From contig CACLRR010000004.1 in assembly GCA_902609415.1 (NCBI GenBank), positions 20,643 through 84,642 of the forward strand: DNA of 64,000 nt, in the 5' to 3' direction. The stretch is from an uncultured Chlamydiae bacterium. Lineage in GTDB: Bacteria; Chlamydiota; Chlamydiia; Chlamydiales; CACLRR01. Positions 35,392-45,226 of the stretch are shown piece after piece; within the stretch, counting starts at the first letter, position 1, and each line of letters begins with the position of its first letter. Below the pieces are notes generated by a model. That model did not search any database and was not told the DNA's origin. It worked only from the letters and a program-made list of their open reading frames with translations. Position numbers and translations under genes: made by a program.

Positions 35392-36264
35392 TTGGCTGGG
35401 AAAAATCTTTCAATTACAAGACCCCTTCACCTATGTATTGGATATATATGGATTGCCATAGGTGCTTTTCTTGCCGCTATTGCTATACACAACTTTCTTG
35501 CTCCAAATCATATCATTGACGGTGGCATCATAGGAATTGCTATGATAATCGGAATGAAAACAAGCAAAAACTTTATTGGTCTCTACTTCTTTATCCTAAA
35601 CCTCCCCTTTATTTTCCTTGCCTATAAATTCATTAGACGTAACTTCATGTATCACATGCTATTTGCAGTGATTCTATTCTCCTTATTCCTTTGGGCATTG
35701 GAAGAGACACCCACCTATACAGGTGATTATTTTGAGATTATTGTCATCGGTGGTGCTATACTAGGTATTGGCGCCGGAATGATTATTCGACACGGGGCCT
35801 GCCTTGATGGCAGTGAAATTCTTGGGATCATCATCAACAAGAAAAAGGGCTTCACCATAGGTCAGGTGGTCTTCCTTTTTAATTTTTTCGTCTTTGCTCT
35901 ATATGGAATTCTTTTTTGGAATTGGGAATATGCCATAAGATCCCTTCTTACCTACGTAGTAGCTTTTAAGATGATAGATACTGTAATTATGGGTCTTGAT
36001 GAAATAAAATCTGTTACAATCATTTCCAAAAAACAGGATCTACTTGTTCAGGAGATCACAAATGCTGGCTACGGTGTAACTACAAGTAATGGACGAGGTG
36101 GTTATACAAGTGAGGACATTACAATTATCAATGTAATCGTTAACCGACTTGATCTATCTCTACTAAAAGAGCTCACTCTAGATATTGATGAAAATGCCTT
36201 TATTATGGTCTCTCAACTCTCTGAAGTTGTCTCTGGAAGGGTTCGCAGAACAACAACTACATAA
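35392..36264 (+). CDS. YitT-family membrane protein (with DUF2179-like C-terminal domain)
   Basis: IDGGIIGIAMI motif, 5-6 TM and a soluble C-terminal domain. TTG start. Confidence 0.6.
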   Translation: MAGKNLSITRPLHLCIGYIWIAIGAFLAAIAIHNFLAPNHIIDGGIIGIAMIIGMKTSKNFIGLYFFILNLPFIFLAYKFIRRNFMYHMLFAVILFSLFLWALEETPTYTGDYFEIIVIGGAILGIGAGMIIRHGACLDGSEILGIIINKKKGFTIGQVVFLFNFFVFALYGILFWNWEYAIRSLLTYVVAFKMIDTVIMGLDEIKSVTIISKKQDLLVQEITNAGYGVTTSNGRGGYTSEDITIINVIVNRLDLSLLKELTLDIDENAFIMVSQLSEVVSGRVRRTTTT

Positions 36265-36438
36265 TAATGATATCAAATTGATTTACGCCTGCTTGTTAGC
36301 TAGCAATAATTGTTTCTACTTCACTAGAAAAATTTATACTATAATCTATAGACCAAACGCAATATCGATAATTTATATCTGATAACAACCATCTTTTAAC
36401 TAAACAAGACACTTAATCAATTTGTGAATCTTAAAATA

Positions 36439-37800
36439 TTATTCCGATTCCGGAAACAGCTTTTTTTCCTCAACCAACTGGTCTACATATCCAATATTAT
36501 AATCAGACTCAATAAATTTCTGATCTTCAATCATCCTAAGATGAAAATCGATCGTTGTGTGAATTCCACCAATCTTAAACTCCGATAATGCTCTCTTTGC
36601 TCTTCTCAAGGCATCTGTACGATCAGATCCTGTAACAATTAGCTTTGCTATCATTGAATCATAATACGGAGGTATCTTATATCCTGTATAACATGCAGAA
36701 TCAACTCTCACTCCTATACCTCCAGGAGGAATATAGTACTCAAGGCTTCCTGGACAAGGCATAAATCCCTTCTTTGGATTTTCAGCATTAATCCTAAACT
36801 CAAAAACATGCCCGTTAAATTCAATATCACTCTGCTTATATTGCAACTCATCACCAAAAGCTATGGCTATTTGCATCGCCACAATATCTTTTCGAGTTAA
36901 TTCCTCAGTAATGGTATGCTCTACCTGGACACGTGTGTTTACCTCCATAAAATAGAAATCGCTACTCTCATCTAACAAAAACTCTACCGTACCTACAGTT
37001 TTATATCCTACTTCCTTTAAAAGACGTACCGCTGCTTCACCCATTTTTTTTCTTAATTTAAGATCAAGAGATGGACTCGGCGCCTCTTCAATTAGCTTTT
37101 GTCGTCTCCTCTGAGTCGTACAGTCTCTCTCACCTAGGTATATGTAATTGCTACCATCACCTACCACCTGTATCTCAATATGGCGAGGGTTAACAATCAT
37201 CTTCTCTATATACAAGCCCTCATTCCCAAAAGCTTTGAGAGCTTCATTAGCTGCCTGGTTAAAAGATGCTTCAAACTCTTCAGCACTATAAGCTATTCTT
37301 ATACCTTTTCCTCCACCCCCAGCAGTAGCTTTAATAAACACTGGATAACCTATATTTTCAGCAATACGCATACCTTCTTCTACATCTGCAACAATTCCTG
37401 CTGAACCTTTAATAATCGGGCATCCCACCTTCTTAGCAATTTTTTTTGCCTGTGCCTTATCACCTAGTAGGTTAATGTGGTTCGAGGATGGTCCTATGAA
37501 TATCAAACCACAACTCTCACATAACTCTGCAAATTTCGCATTTTCACTTAAAAAACCATATCCAGGATGCACTGCATCTGCCTGTGTGATCTCGCATGCA
37601 GTTAGTATAGATGAATATTTTAAATAAGAATCAGATGAAAGAGCGGGACCTATACATACTGCCTCATCAGCTAAAAGAACATGTAGCGCTTCCTTGTCTG
37701 CCTCAGAATAAACGGCAACTGTTTGATAACCTAATTCCTGACAGGCTCTAATAACCCTAACAGCTATCTCTCCTCGATTAGCTATAAGTATCTTTTTCAT
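36439..37800 (-). CDS. accC: acetyl-CoA carboxylase biotin carboxylase subunit
   Basis: MKKILIANRGEIAVRVIRAC..., ATP-grasp GGGGKGI, MEVNTRVQVEH. Confidence 0.95.
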   Translation of the reverse strand: MKKILIANRGEIAVRVIRACQELGYQTVAVYSEADKEALHVLLADEAVCIGPALSSDSYLKYSSILTACEITQADAVHPGYGFLSENAKFAELCESCGLIFIGPSSNHINLLGDKAQAKKIAKKVGCPIIKGSAGIVADVEEGMRIAENIGYPVFIKATAGGGGKGIRIAYSAEEFEASFNQAANEALKAFGNEGLYIEKMIVNPRHIEIQVVGDGSNYIYLGERDCTTQRRRQKLIEEAPSPSLDLKLRKKMGEAAVRLLKEVGYKTVGTVEFLLDESSDFYFMEVNTRVQVEHTITEELTRKDIVAMQIAIAFGDELQYKQSDIEFNGHVFEFRINAENPKKGFMPCPGSLEYYIPPGGIGVRVDSACYTGYKIPPYYDSMIAKLIVTGSDRTDALRRAKRALSEFKIGGIHTTIDFHLRMIEDQKFIESDYNIGYVDQLVEEKKLFPESE

Positions 37801-37829
37801 TTTTCTCTCATATTAAATTTATCACTTAA

Positions 37830-38303
37830 TTATTCCTTAATGACAAATAAAGTCTGTCCAAACTCTACTGGATCACCATCTTTTATACAAATATCTACAA
37901 CTGTTCCATCCACTTCACTTTTAACCTCATTCATCACTTTCATTGCTTCAATTATACAAAGAACATCCCCCCTCTTTACCTGGGTGTTTTTCTGAACAAA
38001 TGGAGAAGCTTCAGGGCTTGATGCCTGATAAAAAGTTCCCACCATAGGTGAGTTCACTTGAGTTCCTTCAACTGTGTCTGTAACACGCGGTGTTTCAGCC
38101 TTATCTTGCGGAATTGTAGGAGCCTTAGATTTTGGAATTGTATATTCTGCTTTTAGAGGTTGGTATCCAACTGCTCTTTCCTTCTCTATTTCACCTTCCT
38201 TTTCAAGAGTAATTTGAAAACCATTTTTCTCTCTTATACTAAGTTTTTGTAATTTTGACTTCTCAAGAGCACTCATCAGGTCCTTAATCAGTTTTAAATC
38301 CAT
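37830..38303 (-). CDS. accB: biotin carboxyl carrier protein
   Basis: Biotinylation motif EAMKVMNEV. Located directly upstream of accC. Confidence 0.92.
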   Translation of the reverse strand: MDLKLIKDLMSALEKSKLQKLSIREKNGFQITLEKEGEIEKERAVGYQPLKAEYTIPKSKAPTIPQDKAETPRVTDTVEGTQVNSPMVGTFYQASSPEASPFVQKNTQVKRGDVLCIIEAMKVMNEVKSEVDGTVVDICIKDGDPVEFGQTLFVIKE

Positions 38304-38314
38304 ATAATCTCCTC

Positions 38315-38872
38315 TTAGATTCTTTGCACATATTCACGATTGGATGTATCAACCTTAATTACATCACCTGCCTCAATAAACATTGGCAATTCAATACGCG
38401 CTCCTGTTTCAAGTATTCCAATTCTATTTGATGCAGACATGGCCAATGAAGGATCCATATCCTCTGTTCTTGACACCATTAATTCTAAAAATTGTGGTAG
38501 CTCTGATGAATAAATCACATTTCCGTAAAAGAGAGCATTTAACATTGTACCCTCTTTCAGAAAGGTAACTTTATCACCAATAATTTCCTGAGCAACAGTC
38601 ACCTGCTCTAATGTTAAAACATCAAGAAATATATGCTTATGTCCTTCTGCATATAAATACTCTATCTTCTTTTCTTCAAGCTTAACTTCCAAAACCTCCT
38701 GATCAATCTGAAAATTCTTTTCAACCTCATCATCAGTGACCATATGCCTAAGTTTTGTTTTGATAAAAGGCACACCTTTTGATACAGTAACTCTTACACA
38801 GGATTCAACTCTAAATACCTCTTCATCCAACGAGATAATCATCCCCGGCACAACTTGATTACTTGTAATCAT
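38315..38872 (-). CDS. efp: elongation factor P
   Basis: 185 aa. EF-P-type N-terminus and length. Conserved efp-accB-accC neighbourhood. Confidence 0.85.
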   Translation of the reverse strand: MITSNQVVPGMIISLDEEVFRVESCVRVTVSKGVPFIKTKLRHMVTDDEVEKNFQIDQEVLEVKLEEKKIEYLYAEGHKHIFLDVLTLEQVTVAQEIIGDKVTFLKEGTMLNALFYGNVIYSSELPQFLELMVSRTEDMDPSLAMSASNRIGILETGARIELPMFIEAGDVIKVDTSNREYVQRI

Positions 38873-39557
38873 ACTCTTCCCATATTTTTAATCGCTCTTT
38901 CATATCTATGATATAAGCAACATCTCTTATATCAGAAATCACGTGATCTCCCATAAACTGCCCTCCAGAAAATACTTCATCTTCCTTCTTCATAAGTACA
39001 CCTATTCCACCCATCTCTTTAGCCGGTAATATATCAACATCCTCCTTATCACCAGTTACTATCACCTGTGAAAAAGGAATTTGATGCTTCAAAGCAAGAT
39101 TTTCATAGGCATACAATTTATGATCACTCACTACAACAACATCATTCAAAAAAGAAGATAGCAATCCTGAAAGCTGAATTTTCTTCAATTGTAACTCTTT
39201 TTTACCCTTTGTGACAATGGCTAAAATATGATTTAGACTAATTTTTTCAAACAATTCATTGACCCCATCAAAGAGGTCAATATCTAGTTTATCAATTTGT
39301 TGACTAAATAAAGCTCTACATCCTGCTAAGTAATGATTCTTTGTACCATCATATAACTCAACAAACTCTTGAATAAATCCCTTCGAGCTAGTCCTTAAAA
39401 TATTAAGCCTCTCTAATAACTGCAAAGCCTTAAAATAACCATCTACCTCCAAACCTGCATCGATCATCCTATCCAAAGCAACAGAGAGTTTTCTTGGCAC
39501 AAAATAATATTTTGTATTAATTAACGTATCATCAAGGTCAAACAAGCATAGCATCAA
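38859..39557 (-). CDS. HAD-superfamily hydrolase
   Basis: Motif I LFDLDDTL. Late GDKEDVD motif. Confidence 0.65.
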   Translation of the reverse strand: MMLCLFDLDDTLINTKYYFVPRKLSVALDRMIDAGLEVDGYFKALQLLERLNILRTSSKGFIQEFVELYDGTKNHYLAGCRALFSQQIDKLDIDLFDGVNELFEKISLNHILAIVTKGKKELQLKKIQLSGLLSSFLNDVVVVSDHKLYAYENLALKHQIPFSQVIVTGDKEDVDILPAKEMGGIGVLMKKEDEVFSGGQFMGDHVISDIRDVAYIIDMKERLKIWEEYDYK

Positions 39558-40521
39558 CAGTTCCTCTAATAATTTTCATTAACTCTATAGCTAGTCTTTT
39601 CTTGTCATGCCTAATTAAACTTCTATTCATTAAATCTGAACTACTTAAATGTGCACTTTCTCCCATGAGGTCTGCAGAAATCACTCTTGGATCCCCTTTA
39701 AGATCATTCCTCACAAAAGAACCCTCATCTTTGTATGCTTTTAAAAGGGGACCGCCAGGCTCCTGATCATTGACTATAATAAAATCAAAAATATCTCTAC
39801 CTATAAATTTCACCAATTCATCTAAATAACTCTTTGCTGTAAAGTCTGTAGTTTGCCCCTTTTGATTCATAAGGTTCATCACACACACCTTTTTTGCTTT
39901 TGATCTACTGAAGGCCTCCTTCACCCCATCCACTAACAAATTAGAAATGAGAGAGCAGTATAGGCCTCCCGGACCTAAAATAATAACATCCGCGGCCTCT
40001 ATAGATTCAATCACTTGAGGATTTACCTTTGGATAAGGTTCAAGATAAATTTTTTTATACCCCTGGTCAATTTCATGGGAAAGATAAATCTCTTTCTCAC
40101 CCTGAAGCAACTTTCCATCATGAAGTATCATCATTAAGCGTACGTGCTGCATTGTCACAGGAAAAATTTTTCCAGAAATGTTCAAAACCTTGCCAACTTC
40201 CTCAATAGACCTTTCAAAACTTCCCGTAACCTTCTCCAGAGCTGATAAAAAAAGATTACCAAAACTATGGCCTCTTAAGCCACCACTATCAAAACGGTAA
40301 TTCATAAGATTTCTCATCAATTGAGATGAATTACTCAAGGCAACAATACATTGTCTTACATCACCTGCAGGTAAAACTCCCAACTCATCTCTTAGTATTC
40401 CCGTACTCCCACCATCATCTGCCATAGCAACCACAGCAGAAAGATCAACGTCATACTCTTTTAGCCCACTCAATACAACAAAGTTCCCTGTTCCCCCTCC
40501 AATAGTGCAAACTTTCTTCAT
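39538..40521 (-). CDS. yvcK: YvcK/CofD-family (UPF0052) gluconeogenesis-factor-like protein
   Basis: N-terminal IGGGTGNFVVLSGLK and GDVRQC motifs. Confidence 0.75.
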   Translation of the reverse strand: MKKVCTIGGGTGNFVVLSGLKEYDVDLSAVVAMADDGGSTGILRDELGVLPAGDVRQCIVALSNSSQLMRNLMNYRFDSGGLRGHSFGNLFLSALEKVTGSFERSIEEVGKVLNISGKIFPVTMQHVRLMMILHDGKLLQGEKEIYLSHEIDQGYKKIYLEPYPKVNPQVIESIEAADVIILGPGGLYCSLISNLLVDGVKEAFSRSKAKKVCVMNLMNQKGQTTDFTAKSYLDELVKFIGRDIFDFIIVNDQEPGGPLLKAYKDEGSFVRNDLKGDPRVISADLMGESAHLSSSDLMNRSLIRHDKKRLAIELMKIIRGTVDAMLV

Positions 40522-41210
40522 TTTTCTAGACTCTTCTTTAAATTATTATAGCGCTCTGTTATGGTCTCAAAGCATTGATCGGCATATAAATGACTGCCAA
40601 GCACAAATAAATCTGCACCTGCAGCTTTTGCTAATTTAATTGTGTTCGCATTAATCCCACCATCTACTTGAATATGCGTTTCACATTTCCAATCTGCAAA
40701 AACCTTGATCGTTTCTAATTGCTTTTCCATAAAATCCTGTCCACAAAAGCCCGGATTTACCGTCATGATCAAAGCCTTGTGAATGGGTAGCTCTTTGTCG
40801 AAAAAATATTTTTCATAAACTCTAATGTCTGTATCAGGCTTAAAAGCTAGTCCCACATTGCATTTTCGCAAGTGGATTTCCTTAATTGTGTCAGAAATAT
40901 CCTCTGTTGCCTCTACATGGAAAGTAATTTCATCGACACCAGCTTCTGCAAATTCTTTAATGTGATTAAAAGGTTCATAAACCATCAAATGAACATCAAG
41001 AAGAATATCCTTATCAATCGAGCGTATAGCCTTTACAATATCCGGACCTATGGTAAAATTTGGAACAAACATACCATCCATTACATCTAAGTGAAATCTT
41101 CGAACTCCAAGTGCAATAAAATGCTTTACTTGCGATTCAAGCAGCCTCCACTCACCAGCTATAACTGAAGGCTCTATCATGTGGTCTATTGTTATTTTCT
41201 TATTCATCAT
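40518..41210 (-). CDS. rpe: ribulose-phosphate 3-epimerase
   Basis: HLDVMDGMFVPNFTIGP, DVHLMV, VNPGFCGQ, VDGGIN motifs. Confidence 0.92.
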   Translation of the reverse strand: MMNKKITIDHMIEPSVIAGEWRLLESQVKHFIALGVRRFHLDVMDGMFVPNFTIGPDIVKAIRSIDKDILLDVHLMVYEPFNHIKEFAEAGVDEITFHVEATEDISDTIKEIHLRKCNVGLAFKPDTDIRVYEKYFFDKELPIHKALIMTVNPGFCGQDFMEKQLETIKVFADWKCETHIQVDGGINANTIKLAKAAGADLFVLGSHLYADQCFETITERYNNLKKSLEK

Positions 41211-41248
41211 CTCTCCTTATATAAAACATGCTAAACAAAATTATGTTG

Positions 41249-42049
41249 TTAAACTAGCTCAAACATTGGTTTTGACCTTACTAATTTTTTTTCACCAATG
41301 ATCGTACATACATTATCCGCAGGATGGTTAAAAGGAAACACCTTGAGGGGTATAGAATTTTTTTGAGCTAAATGAAGGGCTCTCGAATGCAGTATCTCCT
41401 TCTTAGAAGCCCCTAAAATTTCTGAGGCCTCTTCATAAGACATTCTTGGAATCTGCTTAGCATCGCTATTGACTTTTGGATCCTCAGAGAAAACACCCTC
41501 TACATCCTTATAAAATTCAATATGACGTGCATTAAGAGAGGCACCAAGAGCGACAGCAGTAGTATCCGAGCCACCCCTTCCAAGTGTTGTCACCTCACCC
41601 TCCCTACTTACACCTTGAAATCCAGCTACAATCACCACCTTTCCTCTCTTTAAATGCGGCACTAGGCGAAATGGCTCCAATTCAACAATCTCTGCATCTA
41701 AATGATGATTCGTAGTAATAATACCCGCCTGAGATCCGGTAAAACTTCGGGCCTCTATCCCTTGATTATCTAGGGCTATCGCAAGAAGAGACATGCTGAT
41801 TCTCTCACCAACAGATATCAACATATCCTGTTCCCTCTGTGGAGGTGAATCATTTAATATTGTTGAGAGATTTAAAAGAGAATCTGTCATCTCATACATA
41901 GCACTTACTACAACAACTAATTGATCATAAATCCTCAACCTATCCGCAATAATAGAAGATCTCTTATTAAAATCTTCAAGAGTTGAAAAAGCAGCTCCTC
42001 CAAATTTCATTACTAACAAGTTTTTTATTGCACAGCTACTCTTCATCAA
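41249..42049 (-). CDS. aspartate kinase catalytic domain only (no ACT domains)
   Basis: KFGGAA...VVVVSAM...GRGGSDTTAVALG...VEGVFSEDPK. Only 266 aa. Confidence 0.65.
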   Translation of the reverse strand: MMKSSCAIKNLLVMKFGGAAFSTLEDFNKRSSIIADRLRIYDQLVVVVSAMYEMTDSLLNLSTILNDSPPQREQDMLISVGERISMSLLAIALDNQGIEARSFTGSQAGIITTNHHLDAEIVELEPFRLVPHLKRGKVVIVAGFQGVSREGEVTTLGRGGSDTTAVALGASLNARHIEFYKDVEGVFSEDPKVNSDAKQIPRMSYEEASEILGASKKEILHSRALHLAQKNSIPLKVFPFNHPADNVCTIIGEKKLVRSKPMFELV

Positions 42050-42126
42050 AAAAATACTAACGAATAAAAATCATTAAATCTAGTAAAAGTATCAAATCTC
42101 GTACTTTTAAACCAGATTCTTAGCGG

Positions 42127-42155
42127 TTGCTTTTATTATCTAAAATTTGTAGAAT
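42127..42155 (+). promoter_or_regulatory. candidate rpsA promoter (TTGCTT, 17 nt spacer, TAGAAT)
   Basis: Hexamers read at 42127-42132 and 42150-42155, 37 nt upstream of the ATG at 42192. Confidence 0.4.
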
Positions 42156-42191
42156 CTTCGCATTATCAAATAAATAGGAGAAACCTTTAAC

Positions 42192-43904
42192 ATGTCAAAT
42201 CAAACATCAAGCTCATGGGTGGATAATGAAAGCCAAATAATTGGTGAACTCTTCCCCAATGATAAAGAATATGAGGTATTTAAGAGTCTGCTAGACCAAA
42301 GAGAATCTAAAACATCTGCTGGAAGCATTGATTCAATGACACCAGGTGAAATCCTCACAGGTACGATTGTCGAAACAACTAAAGATTTTATTGTAATTGA
42401 TGTTGGTCTAAAATCAGAAGGTCTTATCCCAACAGAAGAATTTGCATTAGATGAAGAAGTAGAAATTGGTAAAGAGATCGAAGTCCTCCTCGATAAAGCA
42501 GAAGACTCTTATGGACAGATCCTACTCTCAAGAGAAAAAGCAAGAAAACAACGAAGATGGGAATATATTGTTGAAAACTTTAAAGAGGGTTCTGTTATCT
42601 CAGGAACTGCCGTAAGGAAAGTTAAAGGTGGCTTGATGGTTGACATTGGAGGAATGGACGCCTTTCTTCCTGGATCACAAATCGACAACAAAAGAATTAA
42701 AAATGTTGATGAATTCCTAGAACAAGAATTTAAAATCAAAATATTAAAAATCAACATCGAAAGAAAAAACATAGTTGTATCCAGAAGAGAAGTTCTGGAA
42801 GAAGAAAGGTACCACAAAAAAGCTGAAATCCTAGAAACACTAAAAGAAGGTGACCTGAAAAATGGTCTTGTAAAAAACATCACAGACTTTGGTGTCTTCC
42901 TTGATCTTGATGGTATTGATGGTCTCCTACACATTACTGATATGACATGGAAAAGAATTAAGCACCCTTCAGAAATGGTCTCGATTGGTGATTCTCTAGA
43001 AGTAATGATCCTAAGTATTGATAACACAAAAGGAAGAGTTGCTTTAGGTCTTAAGCAAAAAGACAAAAACCCTTGGGCTGCAATCGAAGAAAAATATCCA
43101 CCTGGAACTACCATTCGCGGAAAAATTGTTAACCTTGTTGCATATGGTGCATTTATTGAACTCGAACCGGGTATTGAAGGTCTTATTCATGTTTCCGAAA
43201 TGTCTTGGGTTAAAAATATCACAGATCCAAGTCAGGTTGTTGCAAAAGGTGACGAAGTAGAAGCCATTGTACTTTCAGTACAAAAAGAAGAGGGGAAAAT
43301 ATCACTCGGAATAAAGCAAACAGAAAATAACCCTTGGGATGAAGTCAATAAATCATACCCTACAGGAACAAATGTAAATGTCGAAATCAAAAGCCTTACA
43401 AATTATGGAGCTTTTGTTGAAATAGAGCCTGGTGTTGATGGACTAATTCATATTTCAGACCTAAGTTGGACAAAAAAAATATCACACCCCTCTGAGATCC
43501 TACAAAAAGGAGACAAGGTTGATGCAGTTATACTATCTGTAGATATCGAAAGTAAAAAGATCACACTTGGTGTTAAACAGACCACCGAAAACCCTTGGGA
43601 CAATATAGAGAAAGCCCTCCCTATCTCATCTGTTGTATCCGGTGTTGTTAAGAAAATTACAGCCTTTGGAGCATTTGTTGAACTTGAAAATGGTATTGAA
43701 GGGCTCGTGCACGTCACTGAACTATCAGACGCCTCATTTGGGAAGGTTGAGGATATCGTTGCTGTTGGAGCCACAATCAAAGCAAAGGTTATTAAAATTG
43801 ACCGTGAGCAAAAAAGAGTCTCACTATCAATCAAAGATTTTTTAATTGAACAGAATAATACTAATCGAGATGACATTGTCATCGGAAACAACCAAAAGTC
43901 ATAA
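42192..43904 (+). CDS. rpsA: 30S ribosomal protein S1
   Basis: Six S1 repeats (G.V....FGAFV.L..G.EGL.H.SE pattern repeated). Confidence 0.95.
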   Translation: MSNQTSSSWVDNESQIIGELFPNDKEYEVFKSLLDQRESKTSAGSIDSMTPGEILTGTIVETTKDFIVIDVGLKSEGLIPTEEFALDEEVEIGKEIEVLLDKAEDSYGQILLSREKARKQRRWEYIVENFKEGSVISGTAVRKVKGGLMVDIGGMDAFLPGSQIDNKRIKNVDEFLEQEFKIKILKINIERKNIVVSRREVLEEERYHKKAEILETLKEGDLKNGLVKNITDFGVFLDLDGIDGLLHITDMTWKRIKHPSEMVSIGDSLEVMILSIDNTKGRVALGLKQKDKNPWAAIEEKYPPGTTIRGKIVNLVAYGAFIELEPGIEGLIHVSEMSWVKNITDPSQVVAKGDEVEAIVLSVQKEEGKISLGIKQTENNPWDEVNKSYPTGTNVNVEIKSLTNYGAFVEIEPGVDGLIHISDLSWTKKISHPSEILQKGDKVDAVILSVDIESKKITLGVKQTTENPWDNIEKALPISSVVSGVVKKITAFGAFVELENGIEGLVHVTELSDASFGKVEDIVAVGATIKAKVIKIDREQKRVSLSIKDFLIEQNNTNRDDIVIGNNQKS

Positions 43905-43921
43905 TAGCAAGGGCCAAACCT

Positions 43922-45226
43922 ATGAATAAAGATCTATTAGCGATTTTCGATTTTCTTGAGAAAGAAAGAGGAATAAAACGGGAAGTTACAGTTGCTGCAA
44001 TTGAAGAAGCATTAGTAACTGCAGCAAGAAAGGGCAGCGAGTTTATGAATAATATTTCTGTCAGTATTGACCCTAAAACAGGAAATATCTCATCGATTGC
44101 TGAAAAAGAGATTGTAGAAGAAGTCAAATATCCCGCTGAGGAGATTGCTTTAGATGATGCAAGAGAAATAGATCCTGATTGTGCTCTAGGTCACTGGATT
44201 GATATAGAGGTGGACCCAAAACAATATGGAAGAATCGCAGCACAAGTTGCTCGTCAACTAATTACACAGCGACTACGCTTTGCAGAAAAATCTATAGTAT
44301 ATGAACAGTATAAGCATCGAATTGGAGAATTAATCACTGGCACAGTTACCCGAATCTCAAAAGGTCGCACTCTTATTATTGATCTTGGTAAGGTTCATGC
44401 ATTAATGCCATTTGACTTTTATCCAAGGAACGAGAGATATCACATTGGTGATAGAGTAACAGCTGTACTTAGTGAGGTTCAAAATTCAGAGACCAATTCA
44501 GCTGAGATCATACTTTCTAGATCTCACGCTGAGTTTGTAACAGAATTATTCAAACAAGAGGTTCCAGAAATCAATGAAGGAGTCATTGAGATCAAGAAAA
44601 TTGTTAGAGATCCAGGCCTAAGAACAAAAATCGCGGTGCTCTCGAATGATTCGAATGTTGATCCTATCGGCTCTATGGTTGGTATGCGAGGAAGTAGAAT
44701 TCAGCATGTAATTAAAGAACTTAATAATGAAAAGATCGACATTCTCTTTCATGCAGACGATCCATTTGAATTGCTTCAAAATGCCCTTCACCCTATTGAA
44801 CCAATAAAGATTGAATTAAATGATGACGAATCTAAAGTGTCTATTGTCGTAAGAGATGAAGATTATCCAGCAATCCTTGGTAAATGGGGTAGTAACGCAA
44901 GACTCATTGGGAATCTCGTTGGTATTGAAATTCAGGTTGTCAAGGAAACAATTTATAATAAGACAGAGCTAATCATACGAAAAGAAATAGCTGACTCAGA
45001 AAATCCTGCTCTTGATGAAGAAATTACAAAAATAGAAGGTGTTAATCAACTAATACTGGATGATCTAATTGGTGCAGGTCTATCAACACCACGCAAACTC
45101 TTACCAAAAACCCCACAAGAGCTTGCTTCACATTCAAATATAAGTCTGGAAATGGCAGAATCCATTCTGGCAAAAGTAACCGCTCTCATTAACAATAAGA
45201 AGGCAGACGTTGGCAAAAAACTTTAA
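43922..45226 (+). CDS. nusA: transcription termination/antitermination factor NusA
   Basis: N-terminal domain, S1 and KH domains (GMRGSRIQ). Synteny rpsA-nusA-infB. Confidence 0.92.
   Translation: MNKDLLAIFDFLEKERGIKREVTVAAIEEALVTAARKGSEFMNNISVSIDPKTGNISSIAEKEIVEEVKYPAEEIALDDAREIDPDCALGHWIDIEVDPKQYGRIAAQVARQLITQRLRFAEKSIVYEQYKHRIGELITGTVTRISKGRTLIIDLGKVHALMPFDFYPRNERYHIGDRVTAVLSEVQNSETNSAEIILSRSHAEFVTELFKQEVPEINEGVIEIKKIVRDPGLRTKIAVLSNDSNVDPIGSMVGMRGSRIQHVIKELNNEKIDILFHADDPFELLQNALHPIEPIKIELNDDESKVSIVVRDEDYPAILGKWGSNARLIGNLVGIEIQVVKETIYNKTELIIRKEIADSENPALDEEITKIEGVNQLILDDLIGAGLSTPRKLLPKTPQELASHSNISLEMAESILAKVTALINNKKADVGKKL

Noticed and set aside
42509-43114. 201-aa minus-strand ORF inside rpsA. 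Similar long antisense ORFs occur at 43448..43891, 52632..53120 and 53883..54215 (in sctV), and 46460..46816 (in infB).
   Set aside because: Each lies fully antisense to a confidently identified conserved gene and has a low-complexity S/P/R/F-rich translation with no SD. These are typical shadow ORFs.
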